Origin: Verrucomicrobiaceae bacterium
GTDB lineage: Bacteria; Verrucomicrobiota; Verrucomicrobiia; Verrucomicrobiales; Akkermansiaceae
Length of the DNA stretch: 64,000 nt
Direction: 5' to 3'
Assembly (NCBI GenBank): GCA_051252135.1
Contig: JBPOGH010000008.1
Span: forward strand, 1-64,000
A model generated the notes under the pieces. That model ran no database searches, had not been told where the DNA came from, and was given only the letters and a program-made list of their open reading frames with translations. Of this stretch, positions 60,307-64,000 are shown one piece after another; positions within the stretch are counted from its first letter, which is position 1; each line of letters opens with the position of its first letter. The translations under genes and the position numbers were made by a program.

Positions 60307-61446
60307 CTACTTCGGAAACACCACCCGCTCATTCGGCTTTAGCAGCCCCTCGGGTGCCGGATGGGCCGCATCAAAAACAAACAGCTTCTCCGGCTCAACC
60401 AACCCCACCTTCCCCTCATCCGCCCGCCCCTCCTTAAGCCCGAAGTGCGTCGCCACAAACCCGTAAAGCGCCTTCCGCTTCGACACCCCGTAGTCGTGCT
60501 TCTCATCCGCAAAGTGCGCGTTCTCCACCATCCCTTCCTTCCCGTAAAACCCGTAAACCTTGCGTAAAAAAGGATACTCCAGCTCGGGAACCAACTTCGT
60601 CCAGTCATCCCCGTCGGAAATCACCAACTGCGGCTTCGGCGCAAACAACGCTGCAATCTCCGCGTTGTTCGTCACATGCGATTCCCGCACATGCACCGGC
60701 AGCCCGCTCTCACACTGGCAGCCGCCAAAAAAGTGACACGACACCATCACGCACGGCACCGATAAGCTCACCCGCTCATCCAGCGCCGCCAGCAGAAACG
60801 TCTGCGTCCCCCCGCCCGAAGCCCCCGTCACCCCCACCCGCTTCGCATCCACCCCCGGCAGCTCTAACAGAAAGTCCAAAGCCCGCACCGAGTTCCACGT
60901 CTGCAGCGCCATCACCTGCGCATCCCAGCGATGCTCCCAGCCAAGCCGCTGCGAATCCCCGTAGCCCACCATCTCGATCGCGAACACCGCGCAACCCATC
61001 CGCGCCAGCGCCCCACAGCGATACTGCATCTCATCGCGATGCCGCCCGTGCTGATGCAAGTCCTTCCCCGACCAATGCCCGTGCGTGCACAAAAATCCCG
61101 GCATCTTTCCCTCTCCCTCCGTCGGCAAATAAAGATTCCCGCACAAAAAATACCCCGGCACCGTCTCAATCCCCACATTCTCCACCGTGTAACCATCCCG
61201 CTTCACCTGCGAATGCCGCACCACCCGCATCTTCGTCCTCTTCGGCCACTCCGCGAACCCCAACCCCTCACGAATCCCCCGTCTCACCAAAGCCGCCCGC
61301 TTCTCCCATCCCGCCTCATCCTTCGCACCCTCAAGAATCTCCTCCAACTCCTTGCCCCCCTCCTCCGGACTCCGGAACTGCCCCACCCGCAACTCATCCG
61401 CACCCAGAAATGCCGGCAACAACAGAACGAGGAAAATCAACTTCAT
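60307..61446 (-). CDS. Alpha/beta hydrolase (acetyl xylan esterase-like)
   Basis: THGHW, GYGDS, TGASGGGTQT, GGCQCES, DDWT and HDYG motifs. Confidence 0.85.
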   Translation of the reverse strand: MKLIFLVLLLPAFLGADELRVGQFRSPEEGGKELEEILEGAKDEAGWEKRAALVRRGIREGLGFAEWPKRTKMRVVRHSQVKRDGYTVENVGIETVPGYFLCGNLYLPTEGEGKMPGFLCTHGHWSGKDLHQHGRHRDEMQYRCGALARMGCAVFAIEMVGYGDSQRLGWEHRWDAQVMALQTWNSVRALDFLLELPGVDAKRVGVTGASGGGTQTFLLAALDERVSLSVPCVMVSCHFFGGCQCESGLPVHVRESHVTNNAEIAALFAPKPQLVISDGDDWTKLVPELEYPFLRKVYGFYGKEGMVENAHFADEKHDYGVSKRKALYGFVATHFGLKEGRADEGKVGLVEPEKLFVFDAAHPAPEGLLKPNERVVFPK

Positions 61447-61465
61447 CCCCCAGCCTATCAATCTC

Positions 61466-62098
61466 TCACTCACCCGCCAGCACCTTCACCCGCGCCTGAC
61501 TCTCCGCCGATAAATCATCCAGCGGATAAGCCACCCGCTTCCCGCCCTTCAGCTCAAAATCTACCTTCCCCGCCGAGAGACCGTGACACTTCGCCGTGAT
61601 CTTCTGCCCCTTCCCGTTCAACCACTCCTCCCACTCCGGCTCCTTCACCTCCGGCACATGGTCCTCACTCTCCACCATCAGCTGGCCGTTCTTAAACTTC
61701 AGAATCTTCTCCGGATCCATCTCCTGCGATCCCTTCTTCCCCTTCTCCCCCGCAATCCGCGCCCCCTCATAAATCCACTGCGCCACAATTTTAATCTCCT
61801 CCTCCGTCAGCGGATCCCCCTTCCCCTCCGGCGGCATCGCCCCGTCATCCTTCTGCGGCAGCACCACCGAAACAAAAAGATAACTCGCGTCCCAGTCGCC
61901 CGGAATCACCACATCATTCTTCGCAAACCGTTTGTAAAATGCCTCTTCGTCATCCAGCCGCAACCCGCCCTTCACCTTCTTCGCCTCATCACTGTGACAA
62001 TCGTAACACTTCTTCTTAAAGATCGGCATCACGTCCCGCTTGTAGTCCAGCGCCGAAGCCTGAAACGCCGTCACCACCATCAAAAGAAACACTCTCAT
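61466..62098 (-). CDS. Planctomycete-type cytochrome c domain protein with C-terminal SHD1-like domain
   Basis: CYDCH…KGGLRLD…MPPEG…WIYEGA; C-terminal WLNGKGQKITAK…PLDDLSAESQ. Confidence 0.82.
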   Translation of the reverse strand: MRVFLLMVVTAFQASALDYKRDVMPIFKKKCYDCHSDEAKKVKGGLRLDDEEAFYKRFAKNDVVIPGDWDASYLFVSVVLPQKDDGAMPPEGKGDPLTEEEIKIVAQWIYEGARIAGEKGKKGSQEMDPEKILKFKNGQLMVESEDHVPEVKEPEWEEWLNGKGQKITAKCHGLSAGKVDFELKGGKRVAYPLDDLSAESQARVKVLAGE

Positions 62099-62189
62099 CA
62101 AGCCGATACCTACCCCCTCCACCCCCTCACGTAAAGACCACGATTCTCCCTCCATGACAGGAGCACCCCCTCCGGAACGTTCCCTCCCC

Positions 62190-63008
62190 ATGCGCACCCT
62201 CCTCCTTCTCTTCCTCTCCACCTTCCTGTCAGCAGCCGATACCACCATCTGCACCTTCAACATCCGCTTCGCCGCCAAAAGCGATAAAGACCTCCGCGCC
62301 TGGACCGCCCGCCGAAATCTCGTCGCCGCTACCATCAAGGACCTCAACCCCGACATCCTCGGCCTCCAGGAAGTCCTCGCCTCCCAACTCAACGACCTCA
62401 CCACCGCCCTCCCCCACTACGCCCCCCTCGGCGTCGGCCGCGAGGACGGCAAAACCAAAGGCGAATTCTCCCCCATCCTCTACCGCAAGGACACCTACAC
62501 CCTCATCGACCACGGCACCTTCTGGCTCTCCGACACCCCCGATGTCCCCGGCTCCATGACCTGGGATAACGTCTGCGAGCGCATCTGCACCTGGGCCAAT
62601 CTCAAACGCAAATCCGACGGCAAGCTCTTCGCCGTCTACAACACCCACTGGGACCACCGCGGCCAACAGTCCCGCCTCAAGTCCGCCGACCTCATCCTTT
62701 CCCGACTCAAAAAATCCCCCGACTCCCAACTCATCCTCATGGGCGATTTCAACGCCACCGAGACCAACCCCGCCCTCCAAAAACTCACCGCCCACGGCCT
62801 CACCAACGCCTACCTCTCACTCCACCTCGACAACCAAAATCGCAACACCTTCCATCCCTGGAACGGCCACACCAAAGGCCAGGGCACCATCGACCACATC
62901 TTCCTCTCCGGCTCCCCCACCATCAAAAAATCCTGGATCGACCACACTCAGATGAAAACCATGTGGCCCTCCGACCACTTCCCCGTCGCCACCATCCTCG
63001 CCGATTAA
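62190..63008 (+). CDS. Endonuclease/exonuclease/phosphatase-family protein
   Basis: TFNIR, GLQEV, GTFWLS, NTHWDH, MGDFN, IDHIF and SDHFPV motifs. Confidence 0.92.
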   Translation: MRTLLLLFLSTFLSAADTTICTFNIRFAAKSDKDLRAWTARRNLVAATIKDLNPDILGLQEVLASQLNDLTTALPHYAPLGVGREDGKTKGEFSPILYRKDTYTLIDHGTFWLSDTPDVPGSMTWDNVCERICTWANLKRKSDGKLFAVYNTHWDHRGQQSRLKSADLILSRLKKSPDSQLILMGDFNATETNPALQKLTAHGLTNAYLSLHLDNQNRNTFHPWNGHTKGQGTIDHIFLSGSPTIKKSWIDHTQMKTMWPSDHFPVATILAD

Positions 63009-63039
63009 AAAAAACGACGCCCCCTCCCGGAGACGCCGC
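63007..63039 (-). terminator. Rho-independent terminator downstream of nhaA
   Basis: The - strand gives GCGGCGUCUCC-GGGA-GGGGGCGUCGU followed by a U run. Confidence 0.7.
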
Positions 63040-63066
63040 TTTCAACACACGAAAGTGATTCCCGTC

Positions 63067-64000
63067 CTAGTCCCGCTCCCTCCTCTTCCCCGTCTTGAAG
63101 AGAACCAGCGCGCCCACTACCGCAGACAGAAACGAGCCCGCCAAAATCCCCAGCCGGGCTTCCACCGCGTAGTCAAATCCCGCACTCCCCTCAAAGGCCA
63201 GCGACCCGATGAACAAACTCATCGTAAAGCCCACCCCGCACAGAATCGCGAGCCCATAGAGCTGACTCCAGCTCACCCCCGTTGGAAGCTTCGCCAACCC
63301 GGACTTCACCGCCAGCCAACTCGCCCCAAACACCCCCACCTGCTTGCCCAGGAAAAGTCCCAGCGCAATCCCCAGCGGCACCGGCTGCATCAGCGCCTCC
63401 AGCGACAACCCCACCAACGGAACCCCCGCGTTCGCAAATGCAAACACCGGCAATATCGCAAAGACCACCCACGGATGCAGCGCATGCTCCAGCGCCCCCG
63501 CCGGCCCCTTCTTCTTACAACCCATCGGAATGAACGCCGCCAACGCCACCCCGGCCAGCGTCGCGTGCACCCCCGACTTCAACACCGACACCCACAGCAT
63601 CACCCCAATCACCAAATACGGCCCCAACGACCTCACCCCGAAGCGATTCAACATCAGCAACAGGAAAAGAAAAATCGACGCACTCAACAACGCCCCCATC
63701 GATAGCTGATGCGTGTAAAAGAGCGCGATGATCACAATCGCCGCCAGATCATCAATCACCGCCACCGAGGTCAGCAAAATCTTCAGCGCCACCGGCACCC
63801 GACTCCCCAACAACGCCAGAATGCCCAGCGCAAAGGCAATATCGGTTGCCGCCGGAATCGCCCACCCGTTCAGACGCAAGCTGTTGTCCGAGTTGAACCA
63901 ATAATAGATCAAGGCCGGCACCACCAGCCCACCCAAGGCCGCAATCAAGGGCAACACCACCTTCCGAATCTCGGAAAGCTCGCCCCACAAAAGCTCCCGC
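63067..64000 (-). CDS. nhaA: Na+/H+ antiporter NhaA (5' end outside the window)
   Basis: [32 protein letters not shown] and [10 protein letters not shown] motifs. Confidence 0.95.
   Translation of the reverse strand, partial: RELLWGELSEIRKVVLPLIAALGGLVVPALIYYWFNSDNSLRLNGWAIPAATDIAFALGILALLGSRVPVALKILLTSVAVIDDLAAIVIIALFYTHQLSMGALLSASIFLFLLLMLNRFGVRSLGPYLVIGVMLWVSVLKSGVHATLAGVALAAFIPMGCKKKGPAGALEHALHPWVVFAILPVFAFANAGVPLVGLSLEALMQPVPLGIALGLFLGKQVGVFGASWLAVKSGLAKLPTGVSWSQLYGLAILCGVGFTMSLFIGSLAFEGSAGFDYAVEARLGILAGSFLSAVVGALVLFKTGKRRERD

Overview
Bacterial chromosomal DNA, most likely Verrucomicrobiota (PVC superphylum). This is inferred from a PEP-CTERM protein, PVC-type CxxCH haem proteins, sulfatases, DUF1080 and an ECF sigma/Ser-Thr kinase pair. 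The roughly 45 real genes include two sulfatases, a four-gene hydroxyproline catabolic cluster, Uup, Acr3, accB-accC-thiE-pfkB-helicase, pyrC, several c-type cytochromes, a YtrA-type GntR/ABC operon and nhaA. The + strand is extremely C-rich whichever way genes point, so most long ORFs in the supplied track are shadow frames, and stretches that lose the skew stand out as acquired DNA. Several elements are missing from the ORF track: (1) a 72-aa SelW/Rdx-family gene with an in-frame UGA in a CxxU motif and a SECIS-like hairpin (7025-7243, -); (2) an integron-type cassette with an attC site and matching core sites but no integrase (about 3486-4500); (3) strand-polarised composite intergenic arrays built from a CCCCCAACCAAG linker plus a small set of reusable modules; (4) a 203-bp MITE inserted at a TAA stop codon; (5) a truncated IS200-type tnpA with REP-like hairpins at the left edge of a ~10-kb ECF/kinase/PEP-CTERM/Lnt island, whose right edge is a decayed paralogue of the upstream gene. 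A eukaryote-type protein arginine methyltransferase is also present. I saw no rRNA, tRNA or CRISPR array. All family calls come from motif recognition by eye, not database searches.
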